Positions 1 through 7,821 of a stretch of 64,000 nt of DNA are shown here, piece after piece (position 1 is the first letter of the stretch; each line of letters opens with the position of its first letter). The stretch lies in NCBI GenBank assembly GCA_964516745.1, contig CAZEYD010000001.1, positions 303,309 to 367,308 on the forward strand, written 5' to 3'. The notes beneath the pieces were generated by a model. The model ran no database searches. It had not been told where the DNA came from and saw only the letters and a list, made by a program, of their open reading frames with translations. The position numbers and the translations under genes are program-made. Source of the stretch: Candidatus Woesearchaeota archaeon (GTDB lineage: Archaea > Nanobdellota > Nanobdellia > Pacearchaeales > GW2011-AR1).

Positions 1-225
1 TCTATTCTGAGAACAGAAAGCATATTTATTGTTTTGCTCACAGGCCAAATTACAAGAACCAATAACTTCATCAACATTCATCTTCCCACCACCAAGGCTA
101 GTAACCTTATTCATAAAATTTCCCCAACCTGTAGAAAATCCAAAGACTAAAAATACTAATACTGTAACTGCTAAAACAATCGCGACAATCATACCTATCG
201 TCATATCACCCTTTTTGTTCACCAT
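1..225 (-). CDS. Pilin-like small secreted protein, partial (C-terminus lies outside the window)
   Basis: Reverse-strand ATG at 223-225. My translation is MVNKKGDMTIGMIVAIVLAVTVLVF...GSCNLACEQNNKYAFCSQNR, with a basic N-terminus, a KKGD motif and a hydrophobic helix (class III signal peptide look). It shares a C-x-LAC...K-x-x-[FY]C motif with the ORF at 335-673. Confidence 0.5.
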   Translation of the reverse strand, partial: MVNKKGDMTIGMIVAIVLAVTVLVFLVFGFSTGWGNFMNKVTSLGGGKMNVDEVIGSCNLACEQNNKYAFCSQNR

Positions 226-334
226 ATAAATTAACCTAGTATCTTTTATTTATAAATGTTTTTATTATTCTTTCTTTTTACTAAAAATAAATGTCAACAA
301 AAAAACTTATTAACATACAAGGTTCTTTAGATAT

Positions 335-673
335 ATGAAAAAAAAGGGACAAATGCAAATAGAGGTATTAGTTGCTTTAGTCATGGGGGTATTGGTTCTA
401 GCTTTTGGAATATTTGGTTTTATTACTAATTGGGATATGTTCAACAATAAAGTTTGTATATTCGGTAATTGTTATTCTAACGTCGAATCTGTACAAAACG
501 AATGCAAACTTGCATGTATAGATAACGATAAAGAAACATATTGTGAAAAAGAAATTAAATTAAAATTGAACGAAAATAAAATCGAAAAGGGAACCTGTGA
601 AAGTTTTTCTAATCAACCGTTCGACGGATTTGAAATAGAGCCGTGTATTAATATATGCAATTACAAAGAATGA
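335..673 (+). CDS. Pilin-like Cys-rich secreted protein
   Basis: N-terminus MKKKGQMQIEVLVALVMGVLVLAF has KG then Q followed by a hydrophobic helix. Several Cys follow (NECKLACIDNDKETYCEKE). It is a paralog of the divergent partial gene at 1-225. Confidence 0.55.
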   Translation: MKKKGQMQIEVLVALVMGVLVLAFGIFGFITNWDMFNNKVCIFGNCYSNVESVQNECKLACIDNDKETYCEKEIKLKLNENKIEKGTCESFSNQPFDGFEIEPCINICNYKE

Positions 674-683
674 GATATACAAA

Positions 684-860
684 ATGAAAAAAATATTACA
701 AAAAATCAACAAAAAGGGGGATGTCGATATAGATCTACTAATAAAAGCAATACTCGCGATAATAGTCTTAGGGGCATCTATAGCAGGAGTAATATTACTA
801 AAGGGTAAGGGTGGAGACATACTTGGGTCAATAAGAGGATTCATTAAATTTGGTGGTTAG
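684..860 (+). CDS. Small pilin-like protein (58 aa, below the ORF-track cutoff)
   Basis: My translation is MKKILQKINKKGDVDIDLLIKAILAIIVLGASIAGVILLKGKGGDILGSIRGFIKFGG, ending at TAG 858-860. It has the same KKGD plus hydrophobic helix pattern as its neighbours. Confidence 0.4.
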   Translation: MKKILQKINKKGDVDIDLLIKAILAIIVLGASIAGVILLKGKGGDILGSIRGFIKFGG

Positions 861-863
861 ATA

Positions 864-1982
864 TTACTCTTTATTAAAATCTAAAGCGAAAACAATATCA
901 CCGATATCTGCACGTTTTCCACTACCATTATCTTGACAAAAACCAATATTAGAAACTATAAGGTATCCGTCACCATCTTTGTAATCATCAAATTCTAAAT
1001 CAAGGCTAATCCCTCGCCCAATCCATTTACTCCTATATATATCTACATCATCTTGGATATAAAGAGGGACAGAATAAACATTATAATCACCATCTACAAT
1101 AGAATTAATACCTTTTCTCCTATTCCTCTCTGCAATTTCTTCTAGTCCTGAAGCCAAGAATATTGTACTATTAACAACAGCTCCCCACTTCCCAGGAATC
1201 TTTTTTAGCAAAGATAAATATTCATCTTCGGTATCCACATAATCATATTTCTCTTCTACTTTTGATTCCAACCATCTTAATGTAGAACAAAGTGGATCAC
1301 TTACTATTCCTTTCAACCCATCAAGAATTATATTGAATTCTTTATTTTTAATCCCATCAATGACATCATCAATTCCATCGCCACCTAGCGCAACATCAAA
1401 TATCTCATTAAGCTTTTGTACCCTTGTATACATATTCGTCTCTTTTGCAGGAACACCTTCATACGCATAGATTCTGCCATCTTCCAAATTTCTCTCTAAT
1501 AATATTTGATTATTTTCAACAATCGTAACATCATCTGGTAAAAGCAAATACAGGTTTGTAGAACCACGAGTCTCATTATAATAAACATTTGAAAATCCTA
1601 TTTCTTTTTTCTCTTTCTCATCTAAACCTCCAATACCATTATTCCCATAAAGAAAAACTAAATTATTATCCTCCAAAGATGCATTAATAAAAAAGTCCAG
1701 AGACTCTCCTCGTATCTTCTGTTCTAATTCTCCAAAAGCTATTTTCTCAACGAATTCTTCGTAATCATAATCGCTAATATTACACCGCTCACTAACAATT
1801 CTTTCATCATCACCTTGCCTAGATAAAAAATTAGAATTATAATCATAATTAATCCCTATATTATACCATAACTCTCTTACCTCTCCATTCTTCATTTCAA
1901 GAAACTCTGTCGCATCCATTTTTGTCAAAGATGCCGAACTCAATAAAGCCAGTCCCAATAAAAACTTCGCCCATTTCTTCAT
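864..1982 (-). CDS. Secreted hypothetical protein with N-terminal signal peptide
   Basis: 372-aa ORF. MKKWAKFLLGLALLSSASL is signal-peptide-like. The protein is acidic and no recognisable catalytic motif was seen. Confidence 0.6.
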   Translation of the reverse strand: MKKWAKFLLGLALLSSASLTKMDATEFLEMKNGEVRELWYNIGINYDYNSNFLSRQGDDERIVSERCNISDYDYEEFVEKIAFGELEQKIRGESLDFFINASLEDNNLVFLYGNNGIGGLDEKEKKEIGFSNVYYNETRGSTNLYLLLPDDVTIVENNQILLERNLEDGRIYAYEGVPAKETNMYTRVQKLNEIFDVALGGDGIDDVIDGIKNKEFNIILDGLKGIVSDPLCSTLRWLESKVEEKYDYVDTEDEYLSLLKKIPGKWGAVVNSTIFLASGLEEIAERNRRKGINSIVDGDYNVYSVPLYIQDDVDIYRSKWIGRGISLDLEFDDYKDGDGYLIVSNIGFCQDNGSGKRADIGDIVFALDFNKE

Positions 1983-2201
1983 ACATAATAATTACATTTA
2001 TTATATAAAATGAAAACTGAAAAAAGGGGATAATAATTTCAATATCAGAATAAGATAGCAAAATTAATTTCGTAAATTGATTACAATCTTAATTAAATAG
2101 GAAAATTTTATTCTATTATTTTCTCTTTCCTTTTTTATAATGAAATTAAACATCTAATTTCAGACAAACAGATTTATTAATTCCAATCAATTAAATAAAA
2201 T

Positions 2202-3368
2202 ATGTTAAAGATAGAAAAAAGGGGAGATATTTTAGTTGGTAGTGTAGTAAGTATAATTATTTCTGGAGCAATACTAATTGTTCTAATATGGTTTTTAATT
2301 CAATTAACCCAACCCTTCTTTAACGAAGATGACGCCGTCGCATCAGCATACCACAACACATTAGTAAAAACACTAAAATATGCAAAAGACACGGGAACTG
2401 ACCAATTTATAACAACACAGGATATGTCTCCAAATAGGTATTTCCTAATTTACTTTGGAGACAACTCATATAAAACATTAAAAAGCTTTGACGAATATCA
2501 ATTCTTCTTAAAAAAATCTCCAAAAAATACATTATGCATCTGTCCAGTCTCAAAAACTGCAATAAATCGAATAGTTTGCCCAGCAAAATACTGCGAGAAC
2601 CTAAAACGGCCAATTAGTTCTTTTAATCAAAATGAAGGTTTACCATTAGAACAAGGAACAACAATTGATTTTAGTTATGAAAATAAAGAATACACAATAG
2701 ATGTTGCCAATGAAGGAATATTAATAGATAATAGATATTCTAGTAGTAGTCTAAGGAAAGACGCATGTGATAAAGAGGCAGACTCGCGAAAAATTCACTT
2801 ACTTAATAATATTATTGCAAAATCTTGGATAAAATCTTGTTATAAACATGGTAGTGTCAATGGAGAATTAGACGTTATCTCTAACATAAGTGCAGAATAT
2901 CAAACCGATTCATTTAATTTTATATATAACACAGATCCTCCTACATTTTTGAAACTCGTAAGAATAGCAACACTAGGAATAATAAAATCTAACGAAAAAA
3001 CCGAAATAAATTTAGTCGGTAAAAAAAACCTTAGCGATTCAACTCAACTTAGCTTGGAATTTAAGGGTAATAAGGTTGGAAAAATGAACTTATTAAATGG
3101 AAATATAAATATAAACTCTATTTATTTAAATAGAATTCTACTATCATCAATTTCTGATAAAAAAGATTATACATTGAATTCCTTACAAGAACAGTCATCG
3201 TTTTACTCTTTACAATATAGTGTAAATTCCGATGAATTTTTTATATTTGAAGATTCTAAGTGGCTTAGTTCACAAGAAAGTAATATTTTAGAGGATCTTA
3301 ACTTTGAAGATGGACTAAATGAATTAAAAGATGGATACTCTGATACATTAGTTATCGGATTCATATAA
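2202..3368 (+). CDS. Large pilin-like protein (class III signal peptide)
   Basis: MLKIEKRGDILVGSVVSIIISGAILIVLIW shows KRGD followed by a hydrophobic helix. It is the first gene of a tightly overlapping operon running 2202-6462. Confidence 0.6.
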   Translation: MLKIEKRGDILVGSVVSIIISGAILIVLIWFLIQLTQPFFNEDDAVASAYHNTLVKTLKYAKDTGTDQFITTQDMSPNRYFLIYFGDNSYKTLKSFDEYQFFLKKSPKNTLCICPVSKTAINRIVCPAKYCENLKRPISSFNQNEGLPLEQGTTIDFSYENKEYTIDVANEGILIDNRYSSSSLRKDACDKEADSRKIHLLNNIIAKSWIKSCYKHGSVNGELDVISNISAEYQTDSFNFIYNTDPPTFLKLVRIATLGIIKSNEKTEINLVGKKNLSDSTQLSLEFKGNKVGKMNLLNGNININSIYLNRILLSSISDKKDYTLNSLQEQSSFYSLQYSVNSDEFFIFEDSKWLSSQESNILEDLNFEDGLNELKDGYSDTLVIGFI

Positions 3369-3478
3369 TGAAAACTAAAAAAGCAGATACCACCGAAATC
3401 CTCAAATGGATATTAATTCTTGCAATACTTATATCATCAACAATCGCTATAATAATTGGAGTAAATAAGGTTGCATAA
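3368..3478 (+). CDS. Possible 36-aa single-pass membrane micro-ORF
   Basis: My translation is MKTKKADTTEILKWILILAILISSTIAIIIGVNKVA. The ATG overlaps the upstream stop (TAATG). It is short, so only weakly supported. Confidence 0.25.
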   Translation: MKTKKADTTEILKWILILAILISSTIAIIIGVNKVA

Positions 3479-3479
3479 A

Positions 3480-3839
3480 ATGAAAAAAAACAAGAGAGGA
3501 GATACTATACAAACCGCATTAATACATATCCTTATAATTGGATTTATAGCTACAATCTTTTTCATATCCAACGCGCAACGTATAGACAATAGATTCGTAA
3601 GACAACAAATAATAGAAAAACAAATTGCTTTGTTCATAGACTCGGCAATACCAGGAATGGAGTTTACAATAAATAAAATCAAAGAGGGGAGTTATATAAA
3701 TAAACTGGAAATCAAAGATGATTATATTTATGCAACAGTCAATAGCCTTCCCTCTGCAAAAGGTTACCCCATTTTCTCTCCATATAGTATTCAAATAAAT
3801 CAAGATGAATGGGAATATAGAATTTCTATAACAAAATGA
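3480..3839 (+). CDS. Pilin-like protein
   Basis: MKKNKRGDTIQTALIHILIIGFIATIFF. The ORF track starts at a TTG at 3471, but the ATG at 3480 gives the typical short basic leader. Confidence 0.55.
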   Translation: MKKNKRGDTIQTALIHILIIGFIATIFFISNAQRIDNRFVRQQIIEKQIALFIDSAIPGMEFTINKIKEGSYINKLEIKDDYIYATVNSLPSAKGYPIFSPYSIQINQDEWEYRISITK

Positions 3840-4339
3840 AAAATAAAAAGGCGGAAACTGCTGTCTCGGAAGGAATGCAAATGATGTACCGGATTTTTCT
3901 CGTTTTAATGGTAGCATTTATCATACTCGGAATTTCAGGGACAATATATAGAAATTATATAGATGTAAGAACAGTAGAAGCTGGTATCCTGAATAAAAAA
4001 ATCTTTGAATGCTTCGTACAAGATAATGTAATCGACATGATTAATCTTAAAAATAATGAGAATACGATACTAGATTTTTGTGGATATTCAGAAATAGAAA
4101 TAGAACGGTTTTTTGTACAAATACGGATTACTAATAACACTGGAACTGAAACTTACCAACAAGGAGACTCAGGAAGTGTTTGGATATTAGACACAATACA
4201 AGCAAGTCAAAAAGCAAATAATTTCGAATACTACGAACCAGGTTATTCATCTACAACATATAATGTAACAATCAAAAATAGTGCCAATTCTGCAGAAATA
4301 AATATACAAACCTACATAAATGAAGAAACAAAAAGATAA
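3836..4339 (+). CDS. N-terminally anchored pilus-operon protein
   Basis: ATGA overlap with the upstream gene. A hydrophobic helix YRIFLVLMVAFIILGISG follows a basic leader. Confidence 0.55.
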   Translation: MKNKKAETAVSEGMQMMYRIFLVLMVAFIILGISGTIYRNYIDVRTVEAGILNKKIFECFVQDNVIDMINLKNNENTILDFCGYSEIEIERFFVQIRITNNTGTETYQQGDSGSVWILDTIQASQKANNFEYYEPGYSSTTYNVTIKNSANSAEINIQTYINEETKR

Positions 4340-4877
4340 AAAAGCACAAATAGGAACACTTTTTGCGAATTTTGTAATGACAATTATTATCGTTTTTGTA
4401 CTCGCTGGCTTTATTATCTCAAGCTCAGCAATAAAATCAAGATACGACACCGACGTAAATATGCATAAATTAACAAACATAGATACATATAATGACCAAT
4501 TTAAACTTTATCAAAAACGCCTATACGAAAAACATGATGAGAAAATAAAATGTGAAGAGGTTTCTATATATAAATTTAATCTTGCAGGTGGAAAGATATT
4601 TTTTACAATTAATAATAAATTACTATATGTAAAACAATATGATACCGACTGGACACCTTTTAGTTGGAGCAACATTGAAAAAAGTGGAAATTATATATTA
4701 AGCAAGGATACTAATAACGAAGTAAGATTAATTATTGAAAACTCAAACGATTATGTGAAAACTGAGAATTTACTTCGAAGTTTAAATAAAATCAATACAG
4801 AACAAAAACCATACACAGAACAAATAAAAATCTTACAAAATTCAGAATTAATAGAGGATGTTGGTTATGATTGCTAA
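4320..4877 (+). CDS. Pilin-like protein
   Basis: MKKQKDKKAQIGTLFANFVMTIIIVFVLAGF shows KA then Q followed by a hydrophobic helix. It overlaps both neighbouring genes. Confidence 0.55.
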   Translation: MKKQKDKKAQIGTLFANFVMTIIIVFVLAGFIISSSAIKSRYDTDVNMHKLTNIDTYNDQFKLYQKRLYEKHDEKIKCEEVSIYKFNLAGGKIFFTINNKLLYVKQYDTDWTPFSWSNIEKSGNYILSKDTNNEVRLIIENSNDYVKTENLLRSLNKINTEQKPYTEQIKILQNSELIEDVGYDC

Positions 4878-5406
4878 AAAAAACAAACGAGGCGATTTAT
4901 TCGCACTTTATTTCGTACCATTAGTTCTTACCTTAGTTCTAATGAGTATCTTAGCATTTGTTTCGAATCAAAACACAGTAAATGCAGCTATAATCTCTCC
5001 GGATAAAGTTCTAAAAATCGAAGACGAAAAAAATATATTTGAACACAACGAAAGAATTATCTTAAATGAAACCATAAAAAGCACATATACCGATTTAGAT
5101 AGTCTAGATAACTTAAAATTACAGTTCTGTATTTCTATTCACCCATATTCGAGATTTATCATATCAAACAGAATTGACAATAATAGAAAACAAATTGAAT
5201 CTAAGTTTGAAACTCTAAACGAATGGGTCGGTTTATGTGAACGAATATATACCTTCTCTAATAATGCTGATGGAACACAATTAATGGTGAATAGAGAACC
5301 TAATCAAAAACAGATTTTATTAAAACCAGAAGATGAAAGAGAAATCACTTATAACATAAAACTCATATATACTCACAGTAAAAAATACACCATCCCTTTA
5401 AAATAA
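4867..5406 (+). CDS. Pilin-like protein
   Basis: MIAKKNKRGDLFALYFVPLVLTLVLMSIL. GAGG lies 9 nt upstream of the ATG at 4867. The ORF track begins at 4858. Confidence 0.55.
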   Translation: MIAKKNKRGDLFALYFVPLVLTLVLMSILAFVSNQNTVNAAIISPDKVLKIEDEKNIFEHNERIILNETIKSTYTDLDSLDNLKLQFCISIHPYSRFIISNRIDNNRKQIESKFETLNEWVGLCERIYTFSNNADGTQLMVNREPNQKQILLKPEDEREITYNIKLIYTHSKKYTIPLK

Positions 5407-5464
5407 AATTGATAACTTTCTAGATTAACTAAACAATTAAAAACAAAAAGGTATTAAGATTAAT

Positions 5465-5635
5465 ATGGATTACAGTTCGGATGATAAACGAAAAACCAAA
5501 AAAGATCTAAAAAGAAAAAGGCAGTATCGAGTCTATAAACGAGGTGGGCAATTTCGGTCTCAAGAGGTCGATGATACAAAATCGTCAAATACTCTCTCGA
5601 GTAAAAAAAATAAAAAGAAACAGAAAAAATTATGA
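5465..5635 (+). CDS. Possible 56-aa highly basic small protein
   Basis: My translation is MDYSSDDKRKTKKDLKRKRQYRVYKRGGQFRSQEVDDTKSSNTLSSKKNKKKQKKL. Its stop overlaps the peptidase start (ATGA at 5632-5635), which suggests translational coupling. Confidence 0.3.
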   Translation: MDYSSDDKRKTKKDLKRKRQYRVYKRGGQFRSQEVDDTKSSNTLSSKKNKKKQKKL

Positions 5636-6462
5636 TTACTAACTTTCTGTTTTGGTTCTTATTCTCTGGAACAATTATAGCCTCTCTTCAAGACATAAAA
5701 CGAAGAGAGATTGATAGATGGTTGAATTATACATTAATAACTGGTAGTATAATCTTTCTGGCATTCAAAACCATATTAACTTCAAATCCACAAATTATAT
5801 TACAGGGAATATTTGTGTTCGCAGTACTATTTATCTTCAGTAATCTATTATATTATGCCAAATTTTTCGCAGGTGGAGATTCTAGTTTGTTTTTCGCAAT
5901 AAGCGCACTCTTCATCGGGCCAACAATACTGGTAAGCACTCTCAATATATTATCATTTATCGTTTTTCTACTATTTTCTGGAAGTGTCTATGGACTAATA
6001 TACTCTGGAGGACTTTATCTTGGAAATATTAAAACAACCAATCATGAAATGAAAAAGTTATTCAAGAATACCAAACAAAAATATCTCATTTTAATCAGTA
6101 TCCCCTTTATTATTTTAAGTTTCTATAATTCGTTATTTATATCACTGGGAATAATGTTGGCACTATATCCATTACTCTTCATATTTACTAAATCATTAGA
6201 AAAAACGGCTCTAACAAAGATAATTTCGGGAAACAAATTAACACTCGGAGATTGGTTAGATCATGACGTAAAAATAAAAGGAAAAATTATCAAATCTGTC
6301 TTTAGTGGATTAAGACAGGAAGATTTAGATTTGTTAAAAAATAGAAAGAAGGTAACAATTAAACAAGGACTTCCATTTGCACCAGCATTTACAATTGCCA
6401 TGATATTATACTTTTTTCTATCAGATAAATTAATCACAACAATTTTTACATTATTTATCTAA
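5632..6462 (+). CDS. Prepilin/preflagellin peptidase (A24 aspartic peptidase family)
   Basis: Polytopic membrane protein carrying the two family Asp motifs: LQDIKRREID near the N-terminus and FAGGDSSLF. It ends in GLPFAPAFTIAM. It lies at the end of the pilin operon. Confidence 0.75.
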   Translation: MITNFLFWFLFSGTIIASLQDIKRREIDRWLNYTLITGSIIFLAFKTILTSNPQIILQGIFVFAVLFIFSNLLYYAKFFAGGDSSLFFAISALFIGPTILVSTLNILSFIVFLLFSGSVYGLIYSGGLYLGNIKTTNHEMKKLFKNTKQKYLILISIPFIILSFYNSLFISLGIMLALYPLLFIFTKSLEKTALTKIISGNKLTLGDWLDHDVKIKGKIIKSVFSGLRQEDLDLLKNRKKVTIKQGLPFAPAFTIAMILYFFLSDKLITTIFTLFI

Positions 6463-6476
6463 AGATTTTAAAAAAA

Positions 6477-7121
6477 TTATGGGATTCTGTCATTCAAGTG
6501 AGGCAATGAAGGGGATTCTTCCTCGTCACAATCTTCCTCTAAATCTTCTGGTTCAATGATTTCGGTTTCCTCTTGAATATCTTTATTAGCATCTTTAGGA
6601 AGTTCTTCTAAAATTTCAGATTCATTAATTTCCTTTTCTAAAATCTTTAATTCTTCAATATCAGCTTTTTTCTTAACTAATTCTTCGCCATAATTAGGAA
6701 TAACCTCTAAAACAGTATGACCCAGAACTTTCCCTTCATTAATATCAACATCTTCTGGTGAATATAATTTAATCAATTTACCACCAACACTCTTCGCAAG
6801 TTCTCTCATAGCATCATCAACCTCACCCTCATGCTTTTTACTAATAACCAAAGCGTGCCCCTTAGAAACAGGATTTAACTCTAAAAAAGCGATAGCTCCA
6901 TCATTCTCACCCAACCTAAAACAAGGACTTTTCCCTTCAACAATAGAACAAAAAATACAACCACCATTACCTTGATTTTGCTTAACAAACTCTTCTAGCT
7001 CCTCAGCTTCCATAGACTCAATCTTCTCTCTAATACCAACCTTCTGTTCATCAGGCAAGCTATCCAACTGCTTAAAAATAGATTCTTTAATCTGCACAAT
7101 TTGTTCATCACTAAACACCAT
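6477..7121 (-). CDS. HIT-superfamily-like protein with degenerate histidine triad and acidic extensions
   Basis: The core CIFCSIVEGK...AFLELNPVSKGHALVISKKH...GHTVLEVIP matches the HIT fold pattern. The expected H-x-H-x-H reads H-T-V-L-E. Confidence 0.7.
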   Translation of the reverse strand: MVFSDEQIVQIKESIFKQLDSLPDEQKVGIREKIESMEAEELEEFVKQNQGNGGCIFCSIVEGKSPCFRLGENDGAIAFLELNPVSKGHALVISKKHEGEVDDAMRELAKSVGGKLIKLYSPEDVDINEGKVLGHTVLEVIPNYGEELVKKKADIEELKILEKEINESEILEELPKDANKDIQEETEIIEPEDLEEDCDEEESPSLPHLNDRIP

Positions 7122-7162
7122 AAAAAAACTAACAACTTAGATTTAATAAATCTTTAGAACTG

Positions 7163-7268
7163 TTTCCTTACAAAATAAAAAGTATAGCTTGACAGATAGT
7201 TCTCCTTCCCAATATTCCCTTTCCTACAAAACAAAAAGCGTAGCCCGGTAAATGGTTTTTCTTTCCAA
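7163..7268. repeat. Two tandem ~50-nt imperfect direct repeats in the spacer between the HIT-like gene and ef1b
   Basis: The copies are tttccttacaaaataaaaagtatagcttgacagatagttctccttcccaa and ctttcctacaaaacaaaaagcgtagcccggtaaatggtttttctttccaa. Confidence 0.6.
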
Positions 7269-7292
7269 GGTTTCTTTTCTCAAAAAGAAAGC

Positions 7293-7565
7293 TTAACCAA
7301 GTGCTCTTCTATAATCAATCATCTCGGCGGAAGAAATCTCAGCAATTAAAGATAATGCATTACCAACAACATCAATTTCATTCTCTTCTGGATAAGCAAA
7401 AGAAAAAATTAAAGCTTTTAGGCCAAAAGCAATTGGTTGTTCCTCAACACTAGACATCATACCACCAAGTTCAACAATCTTTGCTTCAACAGCAGTCTTA
7501 ATAGCATCAAAATCACTATCAACACCCTCTGGCATAATTTTATATTGTACAGCACTCATTCCCAT
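7293..7565 (-). CDS. ef1b: Translation elongation factor aEF-1 beta
   Basis: MGMSAVQYKIMPEGVDSDFDAIK...EEQPIAFGLKAL...IDYRRALG is the typical ~90-aa aEF-1beta pattern. The longer ORF-track start at 7607 overlaps the upstream Zn-ribbon gene. Confidence 0.8.
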   Translation of the reverse strand: MGMSAVQYKIMPEGVDSDFDAIKTAVEAKIVELGGMMSSVEEQPIAFGLKALIFSFAYPEENEIDVVGNALSLIAEISSAEMIDYRRALG

Positions 7566-7585
7566 TTTATAAAACCTAAATCCAA

Positions 7586-7735
7586 CTAAGGACCAACATA
7601 TCCACACTTAGGACATGTATATTTAATTGAAAGACCTCGACATTTTTTACATCTCAGAATTTCAGAAGAACACTTAGGACAAGGAAACTTAACACCATCA
7701 ACAGCATTCTTATCACAACTAATACATTTTTCCAT
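7586..7735 (-). CDS. Small Zn-ribbon protein (49 aa) of the type usually next to aEF-1beta
   Basis: My translation is MEKCISCDKNAVDGVKFPCPKCSSEILRCKKCRGLSIKYTCPKCGYVGP, with four CxxC pairs. It is not in the ORF track because it is under 60 aa. Confidence 0.6.
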   Translation of the reverse strand: MEKCISCDKNAVDGVKFPCPKCSSEILRCKKCRGLSIKYTCPKCGYVGP

Positions 7736-7821
7736 ATAATAAAATCAAATTTTAAATTTATAAGGCTTTGGGTAGAAAAAATTAACAAATCTCAATTTTC
7801 TTTATCTTACTAACAACACTC

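Noticed and set aside
29-229. Plus-strand 66-aa ORF at the window start.
   Set aside because: It has a TTG start and an odd composition. The opposite strand encodes a convincing pilin-like N-terminus with an ATG at 223-225.
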